From NCBI GenBank assembly GCA_043228905.1, contig JBHGNT010000008.1, positions 8,866,001 through 8,930,000 on the forward strand: 64,000 nucleotides of DNA, written 5' to 3'. How positions within the stretch are numbered: the stretch's first letter is position 1; every line of letters begins with the position of its first letter. Positions 24,011 to 38,143 of this stretch are shown piece by piece. The stretch is from Azolla caroliniana. Lineage: Eukaryota > Plantae > Polypodiophyta. A program made the position numbers and the translations under genes. The notes under the pieces are model-generated. The model saw only the letters and a list, made by a program, of their open reading frames with translations. It was not told where the DNA came from and searched no databases.

Positions 24011-27000
24011 ATGGAACCACGTGTTGCAAATAAGTATCGACTTGGGCGCAAAATTGGCAGTGGTTCATTTGGGGAGATTTATATTGGTATGAATTTATTA
24101 TATTTACGTATGTAGATAATGATTTTTATGTAGGGAACACAATGTTTTACACGGATATTGTGTTTCCTTTTGTTGGGATTTCAGGTACAAATGTACAATC
24201 AAATGAGGAGGTTGGAATCAAACTGGTAAGATCTCACATTATTGGTTGTGTAGATAAATCTATATGTACATTCAAAGAGAAAAAGCATTTGAGAAACCCT
24301 AAATCCATGTATTGCTACATACTTTGTAGAAATGATTGAATTATAAGGGCGTCTACTCTGTGGACTTGTTGGTAAGGGAATAATCACTTGTATGCTTGTT
24401 GGTAAGGGGATTGATTGCTTTGTAGGATTGATGGTAGAGGAACCCCATCGTAGAATTGTTTCTAAGGGGATGCTTTCATATAATTGTTTGGATGAGATTT
24501 CACATTGACTCCCTCAAACCATGCAGGGCAATGTACACCCATGTAAAGCTACCAAATTTATAAACCCACACGTTTGTGAAGATGACTAAATAGGCTGAGT
24601 GCCAATGGCCGTTTACTGGAACCCCTTTGCAGAATTTTTGGTAAGGGAATCCTTTCTTAGAATTGTTTAGATGAAATTTTACATGGATGTGCGCAAAGCA
24701 TGTAGGGAACCCTAAACCTATGTGTAACCACCAAAATCATGGAAGGCACATATTTGCGAAGATGATGATATAGGCTGAGTGGGATGATTGAGAACTGGAA
24801 CTTCTTTGCAGAATTGTTAAATTTGCAGATGTGCTCAAGCCATGTAGGGAACCGTAAACCCATTGGTAACTGCCATATTGATGGAATGCACATGTTTGTG
24901 AAGACGATGAAATAGGCCGAGTGGCAATGACCTAGAACTGGAGAAAGTGATATAGACAGATTATCAAATCCATATTGTGGTATTGTGTATAAATTAACAT
25001 GGATTACAAATGATAATGAAAAAGCAAGTGTTGGATTATTTTCAACTTGGTTGCAAGGTAGTTATTTTGGGAGGGTATTCTCTTTGATGAAGTGACAGGA
25101 CTAATTCATTTTATGGGATGGTACATTGAGGTTCTAGCTTCGATGGTCTTGCTGAGTTTTATTAGATTCCTTTGGAGATTTCACTAGTGAAGGTAGGGGT
25201 GTGTGTGGTCTACAAAAAGGTGATCACAGTTGCCATTATTAATAGTTCTACTCTTGGATATCATATGGAAAGTTGCAATGTATGTAATCGAAGCTTGTGT
25301 AGTTAAGTATTAGTGAAATGGTCTAGTTTGATGGGTCTTATTTTATCTTCAGGAAAGTGTTAAGGCCAAGCATCCACAACTGCTGTATGAGTCAAAAATT
25401 TACCGAATCCTTCAAGGGGGAAGTATGCCTATGCGCCTTTTATCTTTGTGTTGCATCTCAAATATTAAAGAATATCAGAAGTTTTAATGGTTATTGTTAT
25501 CTAATTTATGATTCTCTTATAAATACTGAGTTTTCCTATTTTTTGATATGTCTGCTTGAGTGTCACCGTGTTGAAATTTCTGCTGTAAAAAATGCTAATT
25601 TAATATTTCGCAATTTGAAAATTATGATTTTGTTTACTGATATCTATGCCACGATCGATATAAATTTGTTTCTCCTTTTTCCTTTTATCTTTCAACAGCC
25701 GGGGTCCCAAGCATTAGATGGTGTGGTGTTGAAGGAGATTACAATGTACTTGTGCTGGATTTGCTGGGCCCAAGCCTTGAAGACTTATTCTGCTTTTGCA
25801 GTCGCAAATTTTCACTCAAAACTGTTCTGATGCTTGCAGATCAGATGGTATACTGGATTATATCATTGAAACTTAGTAAATACTAGTGTGCATATAGCCA
25901 TGTTTATATATTATTTTTTTCCTATTCTTCCTTATATACACATCAATGGGTAGAGTATGCTATCCTGAGATTTTGTAGTGAATCGATGAGGTTGGCTTGC
26001 ATGATGAGCAGTGAAAAGGACATTAGGATATGATTGTAGATCAAGGGGGATGGGGATTAGGAAGATTCTTTTATATCTTTGAAAGTCAAGGGGATGTGTA
26101 TATATTCCAAGAGACTCTTTGAATGCTTCTATCCTGAGATTTTGCATTGGATCCATGAGGTCGGTTTGCGTGATGAGCAGTAAAAGGTATATTCCAAGGA
26201 ACTCTTCGAGGTTCTTTTTTGGCGAACAAACTAAGAAGTAAATCAAGAGTAGTATATTTAATGGAAAGATTGTGGTTGAGGGTGGTAATCACATGAAGCA
26301 CAAAGGCCAGACTCAAAAATGCATTGTGAACACCTTAGCAATTCATTGGCTCTTTTTGTGCATATATTTCAAGAGCCTCTTCTAATGATGCTATCCTGAG
26401 TGTTGAATCTATGAGGTTGGTTTGCATTATGAGCAGTAAAACGGTATTTAGATACGAGAGACAAGACAACAGAGACAAGACAAAATGTTATATTTCTTCT
26501 GACATACCCATGATATCTCATAGGCTTAGACATAAGGCACTGCAATGTGTACTCCATTATCCATCATTATGAAGAATGTGTCATCCTCTGAATATCTGAT
26601 GAGCATGAGAACAGAACAATTAGATGTAAGGCACCCATTGATCGCATCAATGAAACTCTATGGATTAATGATTATTTAAATGTGCAATGCGTCTATGTTG
26701 GCGTTGTAATCTAGACACTAGATAGTGTTGAAGTTTCTCCTCTTCACTAACTTTCTCCATGACATGCCGCAATACCTGTTGAAGTAAGATTTGATGATGA
26801 CATAAGAATTTATTGAAGCGATTATACCTCTGTTTGAGACTTTCCTTGAAGGATCAAAATCAAGGTAAAATAGAGACTACATTTGCAAAGGAGGGCCTTG
26901 TACTTCAATTTTGATTTAATGCATTTGCATGATACAGTATATAATACAATTCCTGAAGGTGTAATAATGGATGTGCAGATTAATAGGGTAGAGTATGTAC

Positions 27001-30000
27001 ATTCAAAGAATTTTTTGCATAGAGACATAAAGCCTGATAATTTTCTTATGGGCCTTGGAAGACGAGCCAATCTGGTATGTAATTCTCTAATTCATTTTTG
27101 GGGTGGTTATCATATTATAATTTCGTTTTGCTCATTTATTTATTTATCTTATTTTTTCTGCTTGAAGGTGTACGTTATTGATTTTGGACTTGCCAAAAAA
27201 TACCGGGATGCATCCACTCACCAGCATATTCCATATAGGTCTGCTTTTAGTTTCTTCGAAACGTATGGTTGTGCATAAAGGTTTAATTTGATGTTCTATT
27301 AAACGATACATTGTACTAGCACTGTATGTGTTAGAAGGTTTCTAGTAGCTGTGGTAGTTCCCACTTGCATTGTTTGATTGGCAAAATCTGCAAACTTTGT
27401 GACATTCTTTTATTCTTCAAATAATGTATGCTTTATGGACTCTGTACATATACATTGTGATGGCGAAGTTTGTATGAGAGAATTTTTGCATGTTTTAGAA
27501 AACCAGTATTGTTAGTCATGCTGTTGTGGGATATTGAAACTGTAATCATATTCATCAACTTGCTGTGAATGAATAGAGTGGAACCACAAAAACATCGTGT
27601 GTTCACAATGATGTTGCTTGTATTAAAATCACTGTGTAGAAGGCTTTGTCTATAGCTATATGTCTATTGACTGATGGTTTAGGGTTTCACAAAAGTTTTT
27701 CTCTGCTGACCCAAATTTATCAAGGTAGGATCTAGAGATCATGATATGTTGCTTGTAGGATCTCAATAGCTAGAAGTGAGTTGTGCTCATTGATATTTAT
27801 GTTCCAGACCATTAAATCTTGTAGGATTATGGTTACTGTCTAAACCTGGAAGATTATCTAATATACCAGCCTCTATTCTGATGATTCTAAATGCATTGAT
27901 TAATTTTATATTCTATCCAGGGAGAATAAGAATCTTACTGGTACTGCTCGATATGCAAGTATTAACACACACCTTGGAATTGGTGAGTGGCTTATAAATC
28001 AATTCTTGGCATTCCAAACTCAGCCATGAGTTATAAATTTTATTAAATGGAATATCTTATTTTCTGCAGAGCAAAGTCGTAGAGATGACCTTGAGTCTCT
28101 TGGCTATGTTCTCATGTACTTCCTAAGGGGAAGGTATCTCTCAAGTTTCAATATCTATTTGGATTTTGAAATTTTGTGTATTTTATCTTGTCATGAATTG
28201 ACTTTCTTCATGTTTTCTAGTTTGCCTTGGCAAGGTTTGAAAGCAGGTACAAAGAGACAGAAGTATGAAAGAATAAGTGAAAGAAAGATGTCAACATCCA
28301 TAGAGGTAATGTGTATATTGTTCTACACATAAAAAAATATTATTATCAGCTTTTTAACCTTTTTATTTAATTGCTGAGGGTTTATGTTTAGGCTTTGTGC
28401 AAGTCATATCCCTCAGAATTTGCTTCATACTTTCACTATTGCCGGTCCCTGCGTTTCGATGATAAACCGGATTATGCATATTTGAAACGAATTTTCCGTG
28501 ACCTTTTCATCAGAGAGGGTAAAGTTTGTCTTTATATTTGGTATGATTATCATATTATGAATCTTATTGAGAATGTAAAGTGACATTATAGTTTATTTCA
28601 GAATGTAAAGTAACCACATCCACCTTTATACAGGTTTCCAATTTGACTATGTGTTTGATTGGACAATTTTGAAATATCAGCAGACACAGATGACTGCTGG
28701 TGCTGCAAGTGTAAGTAACTGAATTGCATGTCATAGCTAGTTCTCATGGCATATCTCATTTATTTAGCCTCCACGATGTGCAGGGCGGAACCACCACAGC
28801 AGCGGTGACTACTGGCGTTGGCACTACTAATGTTGCTGAGAATCCACCAGGTTTCCTTTTTACTCTTAATGTAATTGAGAAGGTTTTACATTAGTTCATA
28901 TGCTTATTGTCTCCATTTTTTGAGTATTTTCAGAAGCAAGGGAATCAAGAGATGCAATCTGGAATTCGACCAGAAGGTCTTCTGGAGCTGGGCCTAGTGA
29001 GGCACAGAAGCAAAAGATGTCAGACGTAGATGAGGCAAGAGCCTCGAAAGAGGTGTTTGTTTTCATCTGTAAAGGATAAAAGTCATGGTCTTTCTCTATT
29101 TTATATTGGGGTTAATATTCCAGTATGGAACTTGGACTATATGTTCCAAGTCAAGTTAACTTATCTTTCTTTTCTTTGTTGCTATCTCTGGTGTGCCACA
29201 CATAACATCCCTAGGGTGGTTTCTGGTCATTGCCGTCATAGTTGGTCAAATCTCATAGGGCATTGTAGATTTTAGGTCTGTTAGGTCTTATAGGACAATC
29301 ATTAACTTTTTGGCCTCATATGACAATTGGAGTCTTTTAGAGATGTTGATACAACCTAGTTCTGGGCATAATCGTAAGCAGGTCTATACTCCGTCCTTGG
29401 AGCAGCCACTGGTTGTGCATGATATGCACCAAGTGTCTACAAAAACATCCAAGTGCTATCAGTGTTGGGAGACCAAGTTTCTTATGATAGTGGGTTTGAG
29501 AATTGGTGACTATCTCACAATGTGAATACCTCATTTGCTGTTTGAATGTGGGTGGCCTTTTTGTGATGTGTTCGGCATGATTGAATGGGATGTTAAATTT
29601 TTTCTTCAAGTAATTTACCTGCATTATTATTAGTATATAGGTTGCATGACTCCCCTATGAATCATATAGAGAGCAAGATACTCATCATAGAAAAGAACTA
29701 GATATATGCCTGGTATCTTGTGCACATTGGTTTTAAAAACGGTTGGTTTTTTTGCTTGTTGAACTTTTGGAAAAGGAAATCACTTTGTCTAGAATGATTG
29801 CTGCTACAATTATCTTGATGTAGTCTGGTGACTTTAAGTGAATGGTTGATTATTTTTTGCGTTGAAAGTATCACATTCATTGTTCGAAAAAAGACATGAA
29901 CTTTTCTATAATATCTCCCTTTTCTTGTCATTTTACATCGCTAATTAATTATTTTCTAATTTGAGATCCTTTTAAGGGTTTGTTGTTGAGACAGTGATTT

Positions 30001-30752
30001 GTGCTAGGTTGGAGGAGGCCGTCTATTATCAACTATTTGAAAAGTCATTAATTATCTAGGCACGGTTGATTGTTTTTTGCCATGAAAGTGCCATACGCAT
30101 TGTTTGAATAAAGACATGAACTTGTCAATAATATATCCATTTTCTTGCCGTTTTATATCTTTTAATAAATAGTTTCTAATTTGAGACAGTGTCAAGGCCT
30201 GTTATAGAGGCAATGATTTGTCATTTTTTGGTTTGAGGAGGCCCTATTCTCTATTTTCATTTATAAAGAGACACTTTATATAATGTAAAAATGTAGGTCT
30301 TTGTTTCTCTTCTTAGATGTCAATCCACATTTTGCTATTGTTACTCAAATTGGCATGTAATGAAAGCAGTTGTGATTGTTACCTTATGTAAACCATTAAT
30401 GATTGTTTAGTGATGTTAATACATCATTTATTCGATTTCTTTCTCTCAGGTGGAGACGGCTCCAAGAGGGCGTATATTAAATTTTTCTCGATCAGGCAGT
30501 ACTTCACGAAAAGCTGTTGTTTCCAGTAGTCAACCTCGGGTACCAACAGAGATGATAGAGCCATCCCGGGCTTCTGTAACCAGGCTTATACCAGCCAGTC
30601 TAAGAACACCATCTGCGCAAAGGGGTGCGATGAGCTCATCTGACCCCAAAAGATCATCTTCATCGGCTAGAAATTCGATGAACACAAAGCAATATGATTC
30701 AGTTGTCAGAGGAATTGAATCGCTCGGATTTGATAAAGATGCAAGACGCTGA
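24011..30752 (+). CDS. CK1: Casein kinase 1 (CK1/CKL family), 14 coding exons, ~468 aa
   Basis: GT-AG exons in frame: 24011-24086, 24185-24225, 25353-25422, 25699-25847, 26979-27074, 27168-27238, 27921-27982, 28070-28133, 28221-28305, 28392-28518, 28634-28710, 28784-28850, 28934-29052, 30450-30752 (sum 1407 bp). Motifs: [97 protein letters not shown]. Exons 12-13 (variable tail) are less certain. Confidence 0.96.
24480..24942 (+). repeat. Old tandem triplication (~130-180 bp units) in CK1 intron 2
   Basis: Three diverged copies of AATTGTT..CATG(C/T)AGGG..TTTG(T/C)GAAGA..ATAGGC(T/C)GAGTG..ACTGGA starting near 24480, 24659 and 24810. Confidence 0.7.
25957..26440 (+). repeat. Three diverged ~55-bp repeats in CK1 intron 4
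   Basis: CTATCCTGAG..ATGAGGT(T/C)GG..TGC..ATGAGCAGT near 25960, 26128 and 26391. Confidence 0.65.
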
Positions 30753-33231
30753 ATATAGTAATAAAATGATGATTGGTTCTGCCTCAATATATATAAGGTT
30801 CTGTACTCGGGTGTGTTTCGTTCTTTTGGTGGGCTGGACTTTCTAAATTTCTTTTCGAGTTTTTTGCTTACAGAATCAGAAGATAGTGGTACTGTCTGTC
30901 TACATCCCCCCTATGTAGTTCACCATATCCGGACCTTTCTTCCACGGATATAAAGTGGCTCTTAGTTTATCATCTCTTATTGGGTTTAGCCATAAATGAA
31001 ATGGGCTTTACTTCTATAATGGGCCTCTTGATGCCCATGTGATTGATTGACGCTAATTCATAATGGGATATTTTGGTACATCCTCTAACTAACAGTCTTG
31101 TTTAAATTCAACTCTTGACCTTTTGATTTAAAGCACTCTATATGCTCATGATCTAATTGATGAGATAATGAACTTAAAAACCTGTATTCTGGATGAATGT
31201 AGTATATATTGGAAACAATATTCTGTGATATTTCAGAGTTATGGAACTAATAATTTGCTCCATAACTCTTCAAAATTTTTTTGGGAGCTTTTTAAAGGTT
31301 CTATAGTTTGTGCTTTTGGAATTTAACAATGTGAAGGTGGAATTTATTGTAGAGGGAGCCAGAGGGGAGGAGACAGTTTGAGTCAAATTCTGATTACAAA
31401 TATGGGTGGATTCTTATTATCTGTACTTGGAACATGAGTAAAAGCTCCATGGTTGGTATCTTAATGCATATGGAGCTTTTACATGCAAGTATGACTGACA
31501 TGTATGGGTTTAATCTAATGTTGGTAGGTGTGGTGAGATGTAGCTATGATAAAATTCAGCTATGTATTGGGTGGTGACCAATGATCTGCACTATTTTGGT
31601 ACAGTATGGTGCATGTGGCAGACTGGTACTTGCAGTGTTAGTATTGTCAACGTTCCTTGTTGCTTACTTTGCGATGACTCAGCATTTGGTCAGTGGGGAC
31701 GTGAAGCTGTGGAAGAAATTAATGATATGTAATTGTTGCATCTTGTAGTGAGACACACAAACTGAATAGATGCAACTGTCTGATTCCCAGCTAATATTTG
31801 AACGAAGTGTTGTGGTGTTCCCCATCATTTGTTAAATTGCAATGGAGTTTCATGATGGGTGGCATGCTTCTCTTTAAAGTGCTTGTTAGCTACACATTTC
31901 AATGCAAAATGTTCCGTGATCTTGATCTCTCCTTTGCATACTTTTCAAAGCCTTTTGGTTTACGTATTCTTAGTGCTTGTCTTTTTATTATTATCTCAAG
32001 TTGATGGGAGGAAACTCGAAGTTGGTCTTTTGCTTTGTAAGAACTATAGTGCTTGTCTTTCTTTGATCTCAAGTTGATGGGAGGATATTCTGATGGTCTT
32101 TTGCTTTGCATGATCTATGTGACAAGTAGATGTCCATGTATCTTGCTTTACTTGGGAGAAGAGGCTTTGTTGGTGTAGTCCAAGTCTTTTGAGCATAGAC
32201 TTCCAATTCTTGCCACAATTCATGTCCTATTCATCCTTTTCAAGAGCTGTACAATATTGAAAGGATAACAAGTTCTTGATGTCAAGGCCACCGTTCTTGA
32301 GTTACTCCATTACTTGTGAATGGCAAGATCCTTCCACATGTTTCATTGTATCCACTTTCTTCGATGCTTCAAATGCCTTACATATTCTTTGAGGTAGCAC
32401 AATTCGAATTTGGTTGATGTGCTTCACTATACGGAAATAATGCTCCTAACATCATGGGGGGTATTGCCAATTCCACGTGGATGCTTTGGCATGTATAATC
32501 TATGAATATCATAACTAGGGGCTGCTCTATTTGTGTCGAGACTCCACATGTACTTGGGGAAACATAGAGTTCATGTGAATGCATTGTATGTGAAGGCAAG
32601 GCTGACCATGGTGTCAAATAATTGTACTTTAGTATATGGATCTTGGAAGTGGGCTTGGCAACATTGTTGTTTTAGCATGGCTAGAAATGCATATCTGTGA
32701 GAAATTCAATCATTGGCGATACGTGTGACAAATTAAGTGATAGTTTGTTGGTGAGTCAATGTGGATATGTGGAAGGTCACAACCATCGTCTGTCCTAGTT
32801 TCTATGAGCCCTTTTTCATAGGAAAAAGTAGCTAGGGCATTGAGATGATGATGTAGACTAGTATGAAACTCAAATACCAAGGTTATGTTAGGATATTGTC
32901 CCTCCTAAGGGAGAAGTCGGCTAATCAATTAGAAGAATCGGTAGTCGAGAAGTCGGCTGTCGAAGTTGGGATGATTGATCAATCATCGAGTCGACTTAGT
33001 AGTTAGCCGATTAAAGGAATGGAGAGTCGACTGTGGCAATTGACTATACTGGTTGGACAAACCAAGTGAGGGATGAGTCGACCCGATTGTCGAAGTAGTA
33101 GTCGACACGATAGTTGACTAGTTGGACTGACTGGATTGTCGACTTGTGGGTCGGACAGTCGAGTTGATGAGTCGATTAACTTAACTATTATTATTATCAT
33201 CATCATAATAATAACTGTTGCCCATACATAT

Positions 33232-36200
33232 TGTTAGGAATAGGTCCCTCATGTGGGAGGAGCCGATTGTTTGAGTTGATTATCAAAGACAAGGAGTAGC
33301 CAATTGGTCGGGTTGAGAACCGACATTCGATGACATGGAGAGTCGATAGTAGATGATCCAAGTCGAGGACAAGACCGACTATTTGGGCCAACTGGACACT
33401 CGACATAGGAGTCGGCTAGTCGACTAGTCGACTAATTAACTATTATCTTTATTATTAGATAATGATAATAATAGTTGTATTTGTAAATAGCACATACTAT
33501 GTATGAGAGTATAAATACACCTAGGGCAAACATTATGTGTGTGTAGAACAGAAAGAGTAGAATATAACGAAGTGCTATGTAGGTAGAGGGAGAGAGAGAG
33601 ACCGGCGGCAGAGTTCAGCGAACTCGCCAAGCACCCTAAGTGGTTATCCTCTGAGTTTCAGAGAGAGTTGTAACTGTTCTTTGTATTCTCTGTTGTATAG
33701 TGGATCTCTGTTCCCGTGGTTTTCCCCGTTTAGGGTTTCCATGTAAAACTGTGTGCATTGTATATTTGTCCATTTTGTTGTTTTTCCGTATTCTGTCTGT
33801 ACATTTCAGCATATCTTCCTCATTGATTTACGATCAATTACCAACAAATTGGTAACAGAGCGATAGGCAAAGATGGAAGGAAGTGTGGGTGGATTTCCAG
33901 GAATGATGGTCCTGAAATCACACAACTATGCAGATTGGAAGATCAAAATGGAGGATCTTCTCATCGTCAAAGATCTATACGTGCCTATCGACAGAGAACA
34001 AATACCCATGGGGGTATTAGAGTTTGAATTGAAACTCCTCAATAGGAAGGCAGTGGCCACCATCAGACAATGCGTAGATGCCAATGTCCTTTAGCATATG
34101 GTGAACGACACAAATGCCTATGAGATGTGGCAGTCAGGGCTGTACGAGAGGAAGAATGCCCTCAATAAAACATCTTTGATGAGAAAGCATAGTCGAGCAC
34201 ATCAACACATTCATGGGGTATGTGAACCAACTTGCGACAACCAAGTTTCCCTTGAATGATGCTATACAAGCCTTGTTGCTGATGTGTATGGAGAAAGCAT
34301 AGTCGAGCACATCAACACATTCATGGGGTATGTGAACCAACTTGCGACAACCAAGTTTCCCTTGAATGATGCTATACAAGCCTTGTTGCTGATGTGTACC
34401 CTGCCAGATAGCTGGGAGAACCTGGTGGTGACTCTCAACACCCCGTGTCAAGAAGAGAACTTGTCTCTACAAGTGGTAAAGACAAGTATCTTGAATGAGG
34501 AGACGAGAAGGAAGGACAAGGGTGTCATGTCCCAGTCGGAGTCAAATGTGGCTCAACATACCGGCACAGGAAGAAACAGATAGAGAAGTTCACAAAGAAG
34601 CGACAAAAATAGTAGGAGAGTCGCTAAAATGGGGAGAGAGGGGCGTGGATGTTGTGACCTAAATAGTAGGAGAGTCACTCTAATGGGGCATTTAAGTAAT
34701 GGAGATAAGAGGAACATGTTATGTAACTTCCAACATGCCCATGATATTGCATTGCAATGGATACTCCATTATCCATCATTATGGAGGACTGGTGCTATTT
34801 TTATGTACATGATCTGGATGGGGAGAGAGAGGCATGGATGTAGCCACCTAAACGATAGGGATTTGTGCCTAAGAGGGCCATTTAAGCAACAAAGATAAAA
34901 TGAACATATAATGTTTCGTCCAACATGCCCATGATATTTCATAGTGAAGACATAAGGCATTACAATGTGTACTCCATTATCCATCATTTGCAGGGCTGTT
35001 GCTATTTTTAGTATGTAGATGCTCCATTGCATCGAGGTGGATATAGTACTTTGTGACATTCATTGACGACTATGGTCGTAAGTTGTGGGCTTTCGTACTA
35101 AAGTCAAAGGACCAAGTACTGTCATTCTTTAAGGAGTTCCAGGCTAGAGCGGAAAGAGAGTTGGGTCGGAAGTTGAAGGCTGTCCAAACCGACAATGGTG
35201 GCGAATATAAAGGGCACTTCGAAGAATACTGCAAGGCCCAAGGTATTAGAATCAAATACATAGTACCGAAGACCCCTGAGTTAAACGGGCTTGCAGAGAG
35301 GATGAATCAGACGATAATTGAAAGAGGAAGGAGCATGACGTCGCATGCTAAGCTGTCGAAATCATATTGGGCTGAGGCAATGTATACAACAGTTTATCTG
35401 ATCAACAAGTCTCCCTTAGTGCCATTGAAAGGTGATGTCCCACATAGGGCAAGGACAGGAAAGGATGTCTTCTAACAACACCTGAGGGTGTTCATATGCT
35501 TAGTATATGTGTATGTTACTAAGGATCAAAGGTCGAAGCTTGACAGTAAGTCGAAACCATGTATATTTCTCGGGTACTCGGAGGATGAGTTCGGCTACAA
35601 GGTGGGACCTAGTCGATAAGAAAGTAGTGAGGATTTGGATGTAGTCTTTTTGGAAGACAAGACAATTGAGGACCGGAAGCAACAAAAGTTGGAATCGACT
35701 TCCCAGTCGACTCCCAATACCACTGACTTAAGACTAGTCGAACCGACATAGTTGGCTGGTCGGAGACAGCTAGTCGGCACAGCCGAATCCGAGTCGGCCA
35801 ACTCGAAGAAACTGACCAATACATATGAGTCGGAGTCAGTAGACCTATTAAAGTCAATAGAGGAATATGAGTTGGAGTCGGCTAACCTTGAGCAACCGAT
35901 CAACATGTATGAACCTGAGCCGAGAGAAGAGTCGATAGACACAATGGGTGGAAGGAGATACCCACTCAGAGAAAGGAGAGCACTGACTACATATGATAGT
36001 CAATACATCCTCTTGACTAATGAAGGTGAGCTTGAGTGCTATGATGAGGCCATAGCTGACAAGCACAAAGAGAAATGGATGAATGCAATGCAAGATGAGA
36101 TGGACTCCTTGCATGAGAATTACACCTATGACGTGGTTGAGTTGCTGAAAGGGAAGAGAGCACTTAGAAACAAGTGGTTCTACAAGGTAAAGATTGAAGA

Positions 36201-38143
36201 AGTTGACAACACACCTAGATATAAAGCCCGCATTGTTGTGAAGGGGTTTCAACAGGAAAAGGGTGTAACTTGACTTTGACGAAATATTCGCACCAGTTGT
36301 GAAAATGACATCCATCCGAATTGTTCTAAGCATAACTATCAGTGTGGATCTGGAGATAGAATAGTTGGATGTCAAAACAACATTCTTGCACGGGGAGCTA
36401 GATGAGGAGATCTACATGCAACAACCCGAAGGCTTTGAGGAGAACGGAAAAGAGAACCTGGTGTGTTGACTCAAGAAAAGCTTGTATGGTTTGAAACAAG
36501 CTCCACGCCAATGGTACAAGAAGTTTGAGTCCTTCATGTTGGAACACGGGTTCCACAAAACACAAGCAGATCATTGTGTGTTCGTTAAAAGGTACGATGA
36601 AGGTGACTTCTTGATTCTCTTATTATATGTGGATGACATGTTGATGGTCAGACAAGACACAAAGAGGATCGTGAGCTTCAAGAAAGCATTGGGCAAGTCG
36701 TTTGCCATGAAAGATCTTGGATTGGCCAAATAGATTTTGGGGATGCACATAGTTCGGGACAAAACTAAGAAAGTGCCATGGGTGTCACAAGAGAAGTATG
36801 TTACAAAGGTCCTAGAAAGAATCAACATGTCAAAAGCAAAGCCGGTCGGTTCGGCATTACCGACAAACTACAAGCTGAATGCAAAGCAATGCTCGAAGAG
36901 CGAGAAGGAGAAGGCTGAGATGAGGAAAGTGCCATATGCCTCGCCTGTCGACAGTTTGATGTATGCAATGGTTTGCACGAGACTAGACATAACATTTGGT
37001 GTGGGAGCAGTAAGCCGATACAGGAGTAATACAGGAAGAGAACACTGGGCATCGTTAAAGTGGATACTCAAGTACTTGAAAGGCACCTCAAGGGTATGCC
37101 TTTGGTATGGTGTCGGAAAACCTATCCTTGAAGGTTTTACTGACTTTGAAATGTCGGGGGACGTAGACTCAAGCCGATCCACATCAGGTTATCTGATGAC
37201 CTATGCAGGGGGAGTAATGTCATGGCAGTCACGACTACAGAAGTCTATGGCCTTGTCGACCACAGAGGCAGAGTATATGGCAACGGTAGAGGCCGACAAA
37301 GAATTGATTTGGATGAAGAATTTCCCCAATGAACTAGGAATGAAGCAAGAGAGTATCCTACTCCACTGTGATAATCAAAGTGCCATACACCTAGCCAAGA
37401 ACACTGCATACCACTCCTGAACCAAGCATATACAGAGAAGGTATCACTGGTTGCGGGAGAAAGTAGATGATGGGGAGTTTCCCTTGTGAAGATCCATATT
37501 GAAGACAATATGCTCACGAAGAACCTACCGATGGATAGACTCAGAGTTTGTCGACAAAAGACGAGACTAGCTGACTCCCTCCCATAGGAGTAAAGGGGGA
37601 GTTTGTTAGGAATATGTCCCTTTTGTGGGAGGAGCCGACAATTTGAGTCGACAGTCGAAGACAATGAGTAACCGACTAGTCGGGTTGAGAGCCGACAGTC
37701 GATGACATAGAGAGTCTATAATAGATGATCCAAGTGGAGGACAAGACCGACTAGTCGGGCCGACTAGTCAGTCGACATAGGAGTCGGCTAGTCAAATCGA
37801 CTAGATGACCAATCCACGGATTAACTATTATTATTATTATTTGATAATGATAATAACAGTTGTATTTGTAAATAGCCCATAATGTGTATGAGTATAAATA
37901 CAACTAGAACAAAAATTATGTGTGTGTATAACAGAAAGAGCAGAATATAGCAAAGTGCTGTGTAGGTAGAGGAAGAGAGAGAGAGAGAGCGGCGATAGAG
38001 TTCAACGAACTCTATGGTTTTCCTCATTTAGGGTTTCCACGTAAAACGATGTGCATTGTGTATTGATCCATTTTCCTGTTTTTCCCCGTTCTGTCTATAC
38101 ATTCAATGTATCTTCCTCACTGATTTACAATCCCTTCCCAACA
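33232..38143 (+). mobile_element. Copia element E, both LTRs present (33232-33846, 37604-38143), inserted in the LTR of F
   Basis: TSD CATAT at 33227-33231 and 38144-38148. PBS TGGTAACAGAGC at 33850. gag 33873-34583, IN 35053-35475, RT YVDD 36482-36733, RNase H 36737-37420. PPT AAAGGGGGAG. Confidence 0.95.
34609..35052 (+). repeat. Non-Copia filler of two ~190-bp tandem units replacing the PR region of E
   Basis: ATGGGGAGAGAG..GGATG..CAACATGCCCATGATATT..TACTCCATTATCCATCATT occurs twice (from ~34629 and ~34818). A related sequence lies in CK1 intron 4 (~26480-26570). Confidence 0.75.

Noticed and set aside
25357-25830. 157-aa ORF and other single ORFs across CK1
   Set aside because: Off-frame or intron read-through of CK1 exons; the spliced model explains them.
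31920-32880. Possible decayed coding sequence and short duplicated ATCTCAAGTTGATGGGAGGA
   Set aside because: No recognisable motif in the frames I read; cannot be assigned without a database search.
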